From: an uncultured Candidatus Melainabacteria bacterium | GTDB lineage: Bacteria; Cyanobacteriota; Vampirovibrionia; Gastranaerophilales; Gastranaerophilaceae | Assembly: GCA_934718275.1 (NCBI GenBank) | Contig: CAKUZD010000002.1 | Coordinates: forward strand, 217,858-281,857 | Direction: 5' to 3' | Length of the DNA stretch: 64,000 nt | In this document: positions 1 to 8,142 of the stretch, piece by piece | How the letters are laid out: each line of letters opens with the position of its first letter | Numbering within the stretch: the first letter of the stretch is position 1 | Program-made: the position numbers and the translations under genes | The notes under the pieces: generated by a model | What the model saw: only the letters and a program-made list of their open reading frames with translations | What the model was told of the DNA's origin: nothing | Databases searched by the model: none

Positions 1-972
1 ATTGATTTTAGTGCGTTTAGCATTAAGCATTCTTTTTACGCCTGCTTGTGCAGAGGACAATGCTTCATCAGAAAATTCAACAGGCATTCTGTAATGGTTT
101 GTCAAAATAAAGAAGCGAATAGTATTTGCGTCATATTTTTTTAGCAAATCGTCTATTGTCAAGAAATTACCTAAAGATTTTGACATTTTTTCTTTGTTTA
201 TGGTTACAAAACCGTTGTGAAGCCAATAATTAACAAATTTACATCCGTTTGCACATTCTGACTGAGCTATTTCATTTTCGTGGTGAGGAAAAATTAAATC
301 AGCCCCACCTGCATGGATATCAATAGTTTTGCCTAAATATTTGCGACTCATGGCAGAACATTCTATGTGCCACCCGGGACGTCCTACGCCCCAAGGTGAT
401 TTGTATCCAAATTTTTCATCTTTTTTCCATAATGCAAAGTCTAACGGATCTTCCTTGTGTTCTCCAACTTCAATTCTTGCACCGCTTTCAAGTTGGTCAA
501 TAGGTTGCTTTGAAAGATAGCCGTATTTAGGAAATTTTTTTACCCTAAAATATACATCTCCGTCTGCTTCGTAAGCATAGCCCTTAGCAATTAAATCTTT
601 TACAATAGAAATCATTTCTCCAAGAGTTTTAGTTGCAAAAGGTTCTATGTCAGGTTTTAGAGTATTTAATGCTTTCATAGAATTTTCAAATTGTTTATAC
701 CAATATTGAGAAACTTGTTCCGGAGTTTTTCCTTCTTTTTCTGCTTTTTTAAGGATTTTGTCATCAACATCAGTAACGTTGCGGCAGTATGTAACATCAT
801 AGCCTTTAAATTTTAAATACCTGTATAAAACATCCCAAGTTATGTAACATCTTGCGTGTCCTAAATGAGCATTATCATAAACAGTTGGGCCGCAAACATA
901 CATTTTTACTTTGTTGCCGTCAATTGGTGTAAAATCCTCGACTTTGTTTGTGTAAGAATTGTGTAATTTCAT
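1..972 (-). CDS. cysS: cysteine--tRNA ligase, N-terminal ~324 aa (3' end runs off window)
   Basis: Own minus-strand translation from ATG at 972-970: MKLHNSYTNKVEDFTPIDGNKVKMYVCGPTVYDNAHLGHAR (HIGH-type HLGH). NKEKMSKSLGNF (KMSKS loop) lies near 165-205. The frame is open to position 1. Confidence 0.9.
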   Translation of the reverse strand, partial: MKLHNSYTNKVEDFTPIDGNKVKMYVCGPTVYDNAHLGHARCYITWDVLYRYLKFKGYDVTYCRNVTDVDDKILKKAEKEGKTPEQVSQYWYKQFENSMKALNTLKPDIEPFATKTLGEMISIVKDLIAKGYAYEADGDVYFRVKKFPKYGYLSKQPIDQLESGARIEVGEHKEDPLDFALWKKDEKFGYKSPWGVGRPGWHIECSAMSRKYLGKTIDIHAGGADLIFPHHENEIAQSECANGCKFVNYWLHNGFVTINKEKMSKSLGNFLTIDDLLKKYDANTIRFFILTNHYRMPVEFSDEALSSAQAGVKRMLNAKRTKIN

Positions 973-1132
973 ATAAAAGCACCTCATTTAATAATCTTAA
1001 TTTTATTACAAAAAAAAATAATTGTTAATAAATGTAAATATAAATAACAAATATAGCAATTTTGTATATAACAAATATTTATATATTATATACGTGCAAT
1101 AAATATTATAACAAAGAAAAGGAGATTTAAGC

Positions 1133-1576
1133 ATGGTTGACAAAGTTAATGGTCCAAGAGGCAAGGGTAATGTTCCTAATGGATATACTAAAATTAAACT
1201 TTATGACAAAGCGGCTAAAAAGGTAGAAACATTTTTTGTTCCGGTTGGTAAGAAGTTTCGTATGAATGGTGTGACCTATGATCCGAGCAAAGGCAAAAAT
1301 AATGAGCTTGTAATTACAGGCAAAAAAGGTCAAGCAGGTTTTGATAATGCCGGAATTGCTCTTGAACACATGGATGTGAATGGAGATGGAAGGATTGACA
1401 AAAAAGATACTAGTAACCATTTGGCAGAATCAATTAATAAAACCCTGAATAAAAAAGGTTCTGAGTATTATGTCAAATCAAATGATACATTTTCAGATGC
1501 CGGTATAATTAATGGTTCCGGCGGTGTTGTTTTCAGCAAAGATGGAGAACAACGAATGGAATTTAATATAGAGTAA
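1133..1576 (+). CDS. small hypothetical protein with one EF-hand-like calcium-binding loop
   Basis: 147-aa ORF preceded by GGAG RBS. DVNGDGRIDKKD fits the 12-residue EF-hand loop pattern. No other recognisable family. Confidence 0.6.
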   Translation: MVDKVNGPRGKGNVPNGYTKIKLYDKAAKKVETFFVPVGKKFRMNGVTYDPSKGKNNELVITGKKGQAGFDNAGIALEHMDVNGDGRIDKKDTSNHLAESINKTLNKKGSEYYVKSNDTFSDAGIINGSGGVVFSKDGEQRMEFNIE

Positions 1577-1581
1577 ATACT

Positions 1582-2697
1582 TTATATCGCATCAAATATT
1601 TCAAATACCGGTTGGATAAGTTGTTCGACCGGTATTTCTTCGTCTAATTCTAAGGTAATTGTTGGAATTTGTCTTTCTACGCCGGCATAAGTTCCGAAAC
1701 TTCCGGGGGTTGGGTACCCAATACTGGCTTCTACAGGGTAATTTATGATTTTTGATATTTGTTCTGCCCAATTCTTTGCAGGGCCATCATAATTAACAAC
1801 TTTGTACGGGGCGTGAAGTGTAAGTATTCTATTGGGCTTAAATTCATTAATAGTATCTATGAGAAACTGAGTCTCAATCTCGCTTCCGCCTGCTATACCG
1901 CCATAATATGCTGTTTGGGCGTTATCACAAGTGGCATTTTCTCCGCAATTTTTCCCCCAATTTTTTGTTGGAAAATTTCTATTTAAATCGACTCCGTTGG
2001 CATTTGTGCGTTGTTTCAATTGCATTCCGTCAGGGTTTAAGCAAGGGATGAATAGAAGATTGGTTGTCTTGAGTTTCCCCCTCCTCGGCATCATAGATGC
2101 CGGTCCTCCCTCAGGTGGAGGACATTCTATTTCTTTTTGGATTTTGTTGATAACTCCTTCAATACTTTGGTGTATTTCATTATTCCAAATTCGTATAACC
2201 TTATATCCGTTTTGTTTAAAAAACAAATCTCGAGTTTTATCTTTTTTTAAGTTTTCTTCTTCGTTATGTTGACCGCCGTCAATTTCAATAATAATTTTGG
2301 GTGCAAAACAAGCAAAATCTACAATATATTTATCAATTGGTTGTTGGCGTCTAAATTTAACACCTAATTGTTTTTGTTTTAGATATTGCCATAAAATAAT
2401 TTCTTCTTTTGTGGAGTTGTTGCGTAAGTTTTTACTAAGTTGTATCAGGCGCATTTTATTATAATGCATGTCCTCCACTTGCGGGAGGACCGAAATCTTT
2501 GATTTCGAGGTGGGGGAAATTGAGGAACATCTTTTTAAATATTCTTCAATTAAAAATTTTCCTTGCGGTTCGTCTCCATGGAATACTCCAATAATTAAAG
2601 CTGTGCTTGGTAAATATTGTGAATAATTTCCTATTAATTGAATTTCATTTCCCAATTTAGTTTTTGCTGTTTTTAATATTTTAAAATTGTTATTCAC
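1582..2697 (-). CDS. M14-family zinc carboxypeptidase (MpaA/murein-peptide amidase-like) carrying an in-frame DUF559 endonuclease-like insert
   Basis: M14 motifs: HGDEPQG (HxxE zinc motif), PCLNPDG, VDLNRNFP, LTLHAP. Residues ~58-210 match the DUF559 pattern LWQYLKQKQLGVKFRRQQPIDKYIVDFACFAPKIIIEIDGGQH...VIRIWNNEI. Confidence 0.75.
   Translation of the reverse strand: MNNNFKILKTAKTKLGNEIQLIGNYSQYLPSTALIIGVFHGDEPQGKFLIEEYLKRCSSISPTSKSKISVLPQVEDMHYNKMRLIQLSKNLRNNSTKEEIILWQYLKQKQLGVKFRRQQPIDKYIVDFACFAPKIIIEIDGGQHNEEENLKKDKTRDLFFKQNGYKVIRIWNNEIHQSIEGVINKIQKEIECPPPEGGPASMMPRRGKLKTTNLLFIPCLNPDGMQLKQRTNANGVDLNRNFPTKNWGKNCGENATCDNAQTAYYGGIAGGSEIETQFLIDTINEFKPNRILTLHAPYKVVNYDGPAKNWAEQISKIINYPVEASIGYPTPGSFGTYAGVERQIPTITLELDEEIPVEQLIQPVFEIFDAI
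2070..2522 (-). mobile_element. ~450-bp DUF559-encoding insertion with mirror-image double-hairpin termini (boundaries approximate)
   Basis: Hairpins at 2086-2102 (cggcatc/gatgccg) and 2103-2123 (gtcctcc/ggaggac) are mirrored by 2470-2490 (gtcctcc/ggaggac) and 2491-2507 (cgaaatc/gatttcg). C5/G5 runs lie outside both ends. Confidence 0.6.
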
Positions 2698-2710
2698 TAT
2701 TTACTCTCTA

Positions 2711-3625
2711 TTATTCAAACAATGCATCTATAAAATCTTTAGAATTGAAAGCTTTTAAATCTTCCATTTTTTCTCCAACTCCGACAAGTTTAACAGGTAA
2801 TTTCATCTCTTTGGCAACTGCCAAAACAATTGCACCTTTTGCAGAACCATCAAGTTTAGTAAGTGCAACAGATGTAACATCAACTGCTTCTGTAAAAACT
2901 TTTGCTTGTTGTAATCCATTTTGTCCGGTATTGGCGTCTAGTACAAGAATACATTCTCGTAAGGCTTCCGGAGCTTTTTTGCTTATTACTGATTTTATTT
3001 TTTTTAATTCTTCCATTAGGTTAAATTTATTTTGTAGCCTGCCTGCGGTATCAACTAAAATTACATCAAAATTTTCTTTTTTGGCTTTGTCTATTGCTTC
3101 AAATACAACTGATGCCGGATCAGCTTTATCTTTGCGGACAATTTCTGCCCCTGCTCTTTTAGACCAAATGTCGAGTTGTTCTTCTGCTGCAGCACGGAAT
3201 GTATCTCCGGCAGCAATTAACACTTTTTTTCCTTCTTGTTTAAATTTGTATGCAAGTTTTCCAATCAGTGTTGTTTTGCCTGCTCCATTTACTCCTGTTA
3301 TAAAGTAGATATTCAATTCATTTTCATTGTAGGCGAGGTTGGTATCTCCGGCACTATTTAGAACTTTTAAGAATTCTTGTTTTAGATATTCTTTGACGTC
3401 TGCCGGTTTAATTTTGTTTTGATTTCTTAACTTATCAACCAATTCAGTGGCGTAGTTAACGCCCAAATCTGCAGAAATAAGCATGTCTTCCATATCATCA
3501 AGAATGAAATCAGAAAATTCGTTTTCCTTTTCTACAGAATTAACAACGTTTCCAACAAGCACTTGTGCCGTGTTGGAAACAGTTTCTTTAAGATTATTAA
3601 ATTTGTCTTTAAAAAATCCAAACAT
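2711..3625 (-). CDS. ftsY: signal recognition particle receptor FtsY
   Basis: SRP GTPase motifs GVNGAGKTTLIGKLA, DTAGR and TKLDGSAKGG-like (TKLDGSAKGA). Confidence 0.9.
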   Translation of the reverse strand: MFGFFKDKFNNLKETVSNTAQVLVGNVVNSVEKENEFSDFILDDMEDMLISADLGVNYATELVDKLRNQNKIKPADVKEYLKQEFLKVLNSAGDTNLAYNENELNIYFITGVNGAGKTTLIGKLAYKFKQEGKKVLIAAGDTFRAAAEEQLDIWSKRAGAEIVRKDKADPASVVFEAIDKAKKENFDVILVDTAGRLQNKFNLMEELKKIKSVISKKAPEALRECILVLDANTGQNGLQQAKVFTEAVDVTSVALTKLDGSAKGAIVLAVAKEMKLPVKLVGVGEKMEDLKAFNSKDFIDALFE

Positions 3626-3709
3626 ATTTTTAGTTTTGCCTCTGTATTGTGGATATTTTATACAAGAAATAAAACCAAATTAATAATTTAGGTGGTTTTA
3701 ATTTCTAAT

Positions 3710-4369
3710 TTAATTAATACCGTAATCAACGATTACTTTAGCTAAAATGCCGTTAATAAATGAAGAACTGTCCTCGGTTGAATATTTTTTAGCAAGTTCT
3801 AACGCTTCATCAACAACAACTTTCATTGGAGCATCTTTAATGTATAAAAGTTCTACGATTGCAATACGTAAAATGTCTTTGTCCATTTTTACAAGGCGTC
3901 CTAAATCCCAATTTTTGGCATATTTTTGAATGATTTCATCAATTTCTTTGTGGTTCTTTTGAAAATAGTCTGCAATTTGAATTGCATAATTTTTTACATC
4001 ATGTTGTGAATCAAGGGTTGTAAATTCTGCGATTTCTAAAGCCAACATTGATTTTTCGGCAATATCAATCATTTCATTAATTCTGCCTGTCATATCTGAT
4101 GTCATAGGGATTGGAACCGGAATATTAGCTGCCCCGATTGGTCTTTTTAAATTTTCTTCTGCGTCTGCTTCATAGTTTTCGATTTGATTTCTCATTGAAA
4201 CTAATGCGCCAAGTGCAGTTTTTAGTTCGTCTGTTGCATTACTTGTTAAAATTCTAACAGATTTAAGAATAATATCTTGTAAATCTTCTCTTGAGTAGTT
4301 TGTAATTTTTTTATCAAATTGTGAAAATAATATAAATGCTAATTCTCTTGCTGCTCTACGGGCTTGCAT
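3710..4369 (-). CDS. nusB: transcription antitermination factor NusB (long form)
   Basis: N-terminus MQARRAARELAFILFSQ. C-terminus LRIAIVELLYIKDAPMKVVVDEALELAKKYSTEDSSSFINGILAKV matches NusB. At 219 aa it has a central extension. Confidence 0.8.
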   Translation of the reverse strand: MQARRAARELAFILFSQFDKKITNYSREDLQDIILKSVRILTSNATDELKTALGALVSMRNQIENYEADAEENLKRPIGAANIPVPIPMTSDMTGRINEMIDIAEKSMLALEIAEFTTLDSQHDVKNYAIQIADYFQKNHKEIDEIIQKYAKNWDLGRLVKMDKDILRIAIVELLYIKDAPMKVVVDEALELAKKYSTEDSSSFINGILAKVIVDYGIN

Positions 4370-4431
4370 ATTTTACCTCTTTTTTTATTTCTTTTATTTA
4401 CAAGCCTAATGCTATCATGAAAAAATTTAAT

Positions 4432-4668
4432 CTACAATATTTTTTCAGTAGTGGAATTTTCAAGATTTGTTAAAATTCTTTTAGTATCATTAACGCAGAA
4501 AATTAGAAGCGAACAAATGTTTAAACTGTCTTTGGCTTGAAAATCACTTTTTTCTGTAATTGTTTGAGATAAAAGTTTAGTTAGTGTTTCTATTTTATCT
4601 AAACCGCACAATGCTCTTGACAAATTATTCGATAAATCCTTGTTACACATCAGGTTAAAGGTTATCAT
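4432..4668 (-). CDS. hypothetical protein (78 aa)
   Basis: ORF only, with no recognisable motif. Sits between the TPR gene and nusB on the same strand. Confidence 0.3.
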   Translation of the reverse strand: MITFNLMCNKDLSNNLSRALCGLDKIETLTKLLSQTITEKSDFQAKDSLNICSLLIFCVNDTKRILTNLENSTTEKIL

Positions 4669-4704
4669 AATAATATTTAATAGGGTATTAGACTTATGTC
4701 TATA

Positions 4705-5439
4705 TTATTTGCATAATAAAAGATATGGGGCTGACACCTTATGAGTTTTAATTTTATCCAATCTGTTTTTTATAAACTCTGCGTTGTGAGAAAATGGCTT
4801 TTCTGATAAAAATTTTCTATAATATCTTTGAGCAAAGCTACGTTTCCCAAGTTTGTCAAAGCAAATCCCGATACTTGCGTAAGCTTTGTAATAATTTGGA
4901 TTGAGTTTAAGTATTTTATGAAGAATTTCGGATGCTTCTTTATAATTTCCCAACTTCATCAAAAGTGCGGACTTGCAGTCGTAAGCTTTTATAAATCCTG
5001 CGGAATTTTCTATTAATTTTTGATAAATCATAAGTGCTAATTCGTATTCTTCACACATTTCATGCGCTATCCCAAGTTGTAGGATTGCATCCGGATTATC
5101 CGGATTTAATTGAATCGCATGAACAAAATTCTTAATTGCACCGCAAGGAGAATTATTAAGAAGATGACAAAGCCCGAGTTCATAAAATACTTCATAATTA
5201 TCACTTTTTAAATTTGTTGCTATATCCAAGTATTTTATGGCTTTTGTATACTGTTGCAGGTGTTTGTAACATATTCCAAGCCCATAATAACTGTCAAAAT
5301 TGTTTCTGTCTATCAAAATTGCGTTCAAATAGTTTGAAGCAGCTTCTTTAAACATATTGCCTATACGCAACGCTTCAGCTTTTTTACAAAAATTATTTTG
5401 AACAGGTAATGTACATAATTTGTTAGTATTTGAACTCAA
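4705..5439 (-). CDS. tetratricopeptide (TPR) repeat protein
   Basis: Repeated 34-aa TPR-like units (e.g. YYGLGICYKHLQQYTKAIKYLDIATNLKSDN, FYELGLCHLLNN, ILQLGIAHEM). Confidence 0.75.
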   Translation of the reverse strand: MSSNTNKLCTLPVQNNFCKKAEALRIGNMFKEAASNYLNAILIDRNNFDSYYGLGICYKHLQQYTKAIKYLDIATNLKSDNYEVFYELGLCHLLNNSPCGAIKNFVHAIQLNPDNPDAILQLGIAHEMCEEYELALMIYQKLIENSAGFIKAYDCKSALLMKLGNYKEASEILHKILKLNPNYYKAYASIGICFDKLGKRSFAQRYYRKFLSEKPFSHNAEFIKNRLDKIKTHKVSAPYLLLCK

Positions 5440-5557
5440 TTTTCTTCCTCACTCTCCTTATATATGATAGTTTTTTTTTTATAGTTGAAGAACAACCATC
5501 TGATGTATAGTTTATCAATCATTGGATTTATTATTTTTCTTGTGCTATAAAATTGTT

Positions 5558-6373
5558 ATGAATAAGTATTTGGTTGGGATATTAATTATATTTATGGGCT
5601 TACCTGTTTTGGCGGATGAAGTGTCTCTAAGCGGAGTTGAAGCAAAAAAAATTGAGTTGCCTAAAACGGATATTAACAAAAAACAGTCACTTGTTGTTAA
5701 GGATGAGCAGGTTTTGCAAGAACTTGTGAAGATGCAAAAAGACAAAGACCTTGAAGATATTGAAAATCTTTGGAAAGGAACTGTTGAGAATAATCAGGTG
5801 ATAGGTTTTGCATTAAAAAAACTTTCTACTCCGGAAAGTCAAAGAAGAATTCATTCTTCTTTGATGGCTAAAACTCTTTCTGCTGTGGTTGCGGGGGCTT
5901 CTCTTGCTCCATCTTTAATTGGTGCGGATTATATGACACAGTCGTCTGCATTTGCTGCCGGTCGTTTGGCTCAAAATTTGATTAATCGAAAAAATATGCC
6001 TACAGAAATTCCGCTTACAGATACGGAACTGATTGAACTTGCCGGACTTGTAGAAAGTTTGCAAGATAAAATAATTACGGCTTATTATAACTATAAAAGT
6101 TCTCTTTCTCAATTAAAGGAAACTCGTCAAAGGTTACTTTTGTATAACAAAAATTATGCAAAAGCTCTTGATGATGAGGATTTAATGGAAATTACAATAT
6201 CATCTGCTTTGTACGACAATATGAGGGTTGAGGAATTTTATTACATGGAGAATGCAAAAAAATATCACCTTGAGTTGCAAAGACTTGCAGGTAAAAAGGT
6301 TGTAGATAAATTAAATTTATATCAATTTAGTTTTAATTCAACATTAGTTGGAGAAAAGGCGGTGAATAAATGA
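5558..6373 (+). CDS. secreted hypothetical protein, paralog A (signal peptide, Gly/Ala-rich hydrophobic core, helical C-terminus)
   Basis: ATG at 5558 gives MNKYLVGILIIFMGLPVLA. Shares LW(K/Q)G...I.FAL.KL and YYNY motifs with the next ORF. Its stop overlaps the next start (ATGA). Confidence 0.65.
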   Translation: MNKYLVGILIIFMGLPVLADEVSLSGVEAKKIELPKTDINKKQSLVVKDEQVLQELVKMQKDKDLEDIENLWKGTVENNQVIGFALKKLSTPESQRRIHSSLMAKTLSAVVAGASLAPSLIGADYMTQSSAFAAGRLAQNLINRKNMPTEIPLTDTELIELAGLVESLQDKIITAYYNYKSSLSQLKETRQRLLLYNKNYAKALDDEDLMEITISSALYDNMRVEEFYYMENAKKYHLELQRLAGKKVVDKLNLYQFSFNSTLVGEKAVNK

Positions 6374-7257
6374 AAAAATTATTCATAATTGCACTACTCC
6401 TAAATTTGATTTCTCCGACTTATGCAGTTACTCTCGAAGAAATAACAATGCCAAAACCGCCTGCATATAGAACAGGACTCTCAGAAGTGCCGGAAAAAGA
6501 ATATATGGAGGCAAAAGCAGAAAATAAAGTGCATCAGGAATATGTAAAAAAAGATGCAGAACAATTTGATGCCACAGATTTGACTTATGCTGATTTGAGT
6601 ATAAAACAGATTTCACGAGAGGTAGCGGCAGATTTGGAATTAGACCAAGAAGATATGATTGGGGATTTATCCGTATTATGGCAGGGAGCTGCAGCACAAA
6701 GTGATACAATTAATTTCGCGTTATACAAACTTGCAAATCCTGATGAAGATAAACCTGATGAAAAATCTGTTAAGAAAGTTCTTACAACTATTGCAAGTAT
6801 GTCTACCCTTGTAGGGGCGGGAATGGGAAATCCTTTACTTGCCGGAGGTTCTTTGATAGGTGGTAATATTTTAGGTATTATGGCTCAGGATACAAAAGCT
6901 TTGAATTATAAATATACTAAAGTTACTGACGCGGATATGATTATTCTTGTCCGAAAGATTGAAGATTTGCAGCAAAGAACTGTTGACTTATATTATAATT
7001 ATATGACTGCGCGGAAAAGGTTAAAAATGATTGAGCAAATCACTGCTGATAGAAAGAAAAATTATAATCTGTCTCAAGATATGTCTAAGGATGTAATTTT
7101 AATTACAGATGCATATTACAGGACAGCGTTAGATAATCAAATGAAAGCTCGTTCTGATTATTATGCAAAGCGTGCGGCGTTGGAACAATTTGTCGGGAAT
7201 GAAACTTTTGCGCAGTTTGAAAAAGATTTGAAGGAAAGAGAGGATAGTGAAAAGTGA
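6370..7257 (+). CDS. secreted hypothetical protein, paralog B
   Basis: Signal peptide MKKLFIIALLLNLISPTYA. Same architecture as 5558-6373. The last three codons and the stop lie inside the repeat at 7247-7361. Confidence 0.7.
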   Translation: MKKLFIIALLLNLISPTYAVTLEEITMPKPPAYRTGLSEVPEKEYMEAKAENKVHQEYVKKDAEQFDATDLTYADLSIKQISREVAADLELDQEDMIGDLSVLWQGAAAQSDTINFALYKLANPDEDKPDEKSVKKVLTTIASMSTLVGAGMGNPLLAGGSLIGGNILGIMAQDTKALNYKYTKVTDADMIILVRKIEDLQQRTVDLYYNYMTARKRLKMIEQITADRKKNYNLSQDMSKDVILITDAYYRTALDNQMKARSDYYAKRAALEQFVGNETFAQFEKDLKEREDSEK

Positions 7258-7361
7258 GAAGTGAAACGTGAAAAGTCCGTTACAGATGCTATCGTATCAA
7301 AATATATTTTTGAACGAAGTGAGCTATAAAGTTTTCTCACTTCTCACGTTTTACTTTTCAC
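7247..7361. repeat. 115-bp palindromic MITE-like element with GTGA(G/A)AA heptad arms, copy 1
   Basis: Left arm gtgaaaagtgagaagtgaaacgtgaaaag (7247-7275). Right arm is its inverted counterpart (~7332-7361). A second copy lies at 16030-16144. Confidence 0.8.
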
Positions 7362-7368
7362 TTACTAT

Positions 7369-8031
7369 ATGTTCATACCATTTAAAATAAACAACGGAAA
7401 ACAAAATATGCAAATTGATAGCGATTTGCTTGATAATGCAATTGAAAATCAAGTAAAAGAACCAATATTTCGTCTCTATGGTTGGTCTCCCGCGTGCGTA
7501 TCTTTGGGGAGAAATCAAAAAGATGATTTTGTTGACGAAAATTTATTGAAAAAAAATAATATAGATATTGTACGGCGTTCAACCGGGGGACGTGCTCTTT
7601 TGCATGATAACGAGATTACTTATAGTTATGTTTGTCCTGCAACTTTTTTGAACAATGGTGAAAATATTGTTGAGTCTTACAAAGAAATTTCAAAGCTTTT
7701 AATTCTTGCTTTTGCAAAAATAGGAATAGAGTTGGATTTTGGTGGAATTCGTAAAATTCAGGGACATAAAGATTATTGTATGTTAGTGTCTACGGGGGCT
7801 GATTTGTGCTGGCATGGGCGAAAGTTGATAGGTTCTGCTCAGTTTAGAAAAGAAGGTTATATTTTACAACATGGGTCGATTTTGTATGATTATGATAAAA
7901 AGTTGTTAGAAAATATCTTTAAAGAAAAGGTTGATACATCTTCAATTGTTTGTGTAAAAGAAATTAATCCCAATATTACGAAAGATGACATAATTAGTTT
8001 GTTAAGTAATGTAAAGCTTGTAAAGCCTTAA
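7369..8031 (+). CDS. lipoate-protein ligase / octanoyltransferase family protein (BPL_LplA_LipB domain)
   Basis: RLYGWSPACVSLGRNQ, RRSTGGRALLHDNEITYS and GRKLIGSAQ (catalytic Lys context). Alternative start at ATG 7408 (MQIDSDLL). Confidence 0.8.
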   Translation: MFIPFKINNGKQNMQIDSDLLDNAIENQVKEPIFRLYGWSPACVSLGRNQKDDFVDENLLKKNNIDIVRRSTGGRALLHDNEITYSYVCPATFLNNGENIVESYKEISKLLILAFAKIGIELDFGGIRKIQGHKDYCMLVSTGADLCWHGRKLIGSAQFRKEGYILQHGSILYDYDKKLLENIFKEKVDTSSIVCVKEINPNITKDDIISLLSNVKLVKP

Positions 8032-8142
8032 TAATACAGGTTTTTGGGGCTTTTTTGTATATTAATTATGTTTTGCGGGGCAATTTTTAAAGATAAATTT
8101 TCTTTATATAAGTACGGGGATTAATCAAAGGGGATTAAAAAA

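Noticed and set aside
2745-3308. 187-aa plus-strand ORF
   Set aside because: It is antisense to the clearly identified ftsY and has an S/A/T-rich nonsense composition.
5471-5480. T10 tract in the divergent promoter region as a phase-variation site
   Set aside because: Long A/T runs are expected in an AT-rich intergenic region, and there is no frame or spacing argument comparable to the G10 case.
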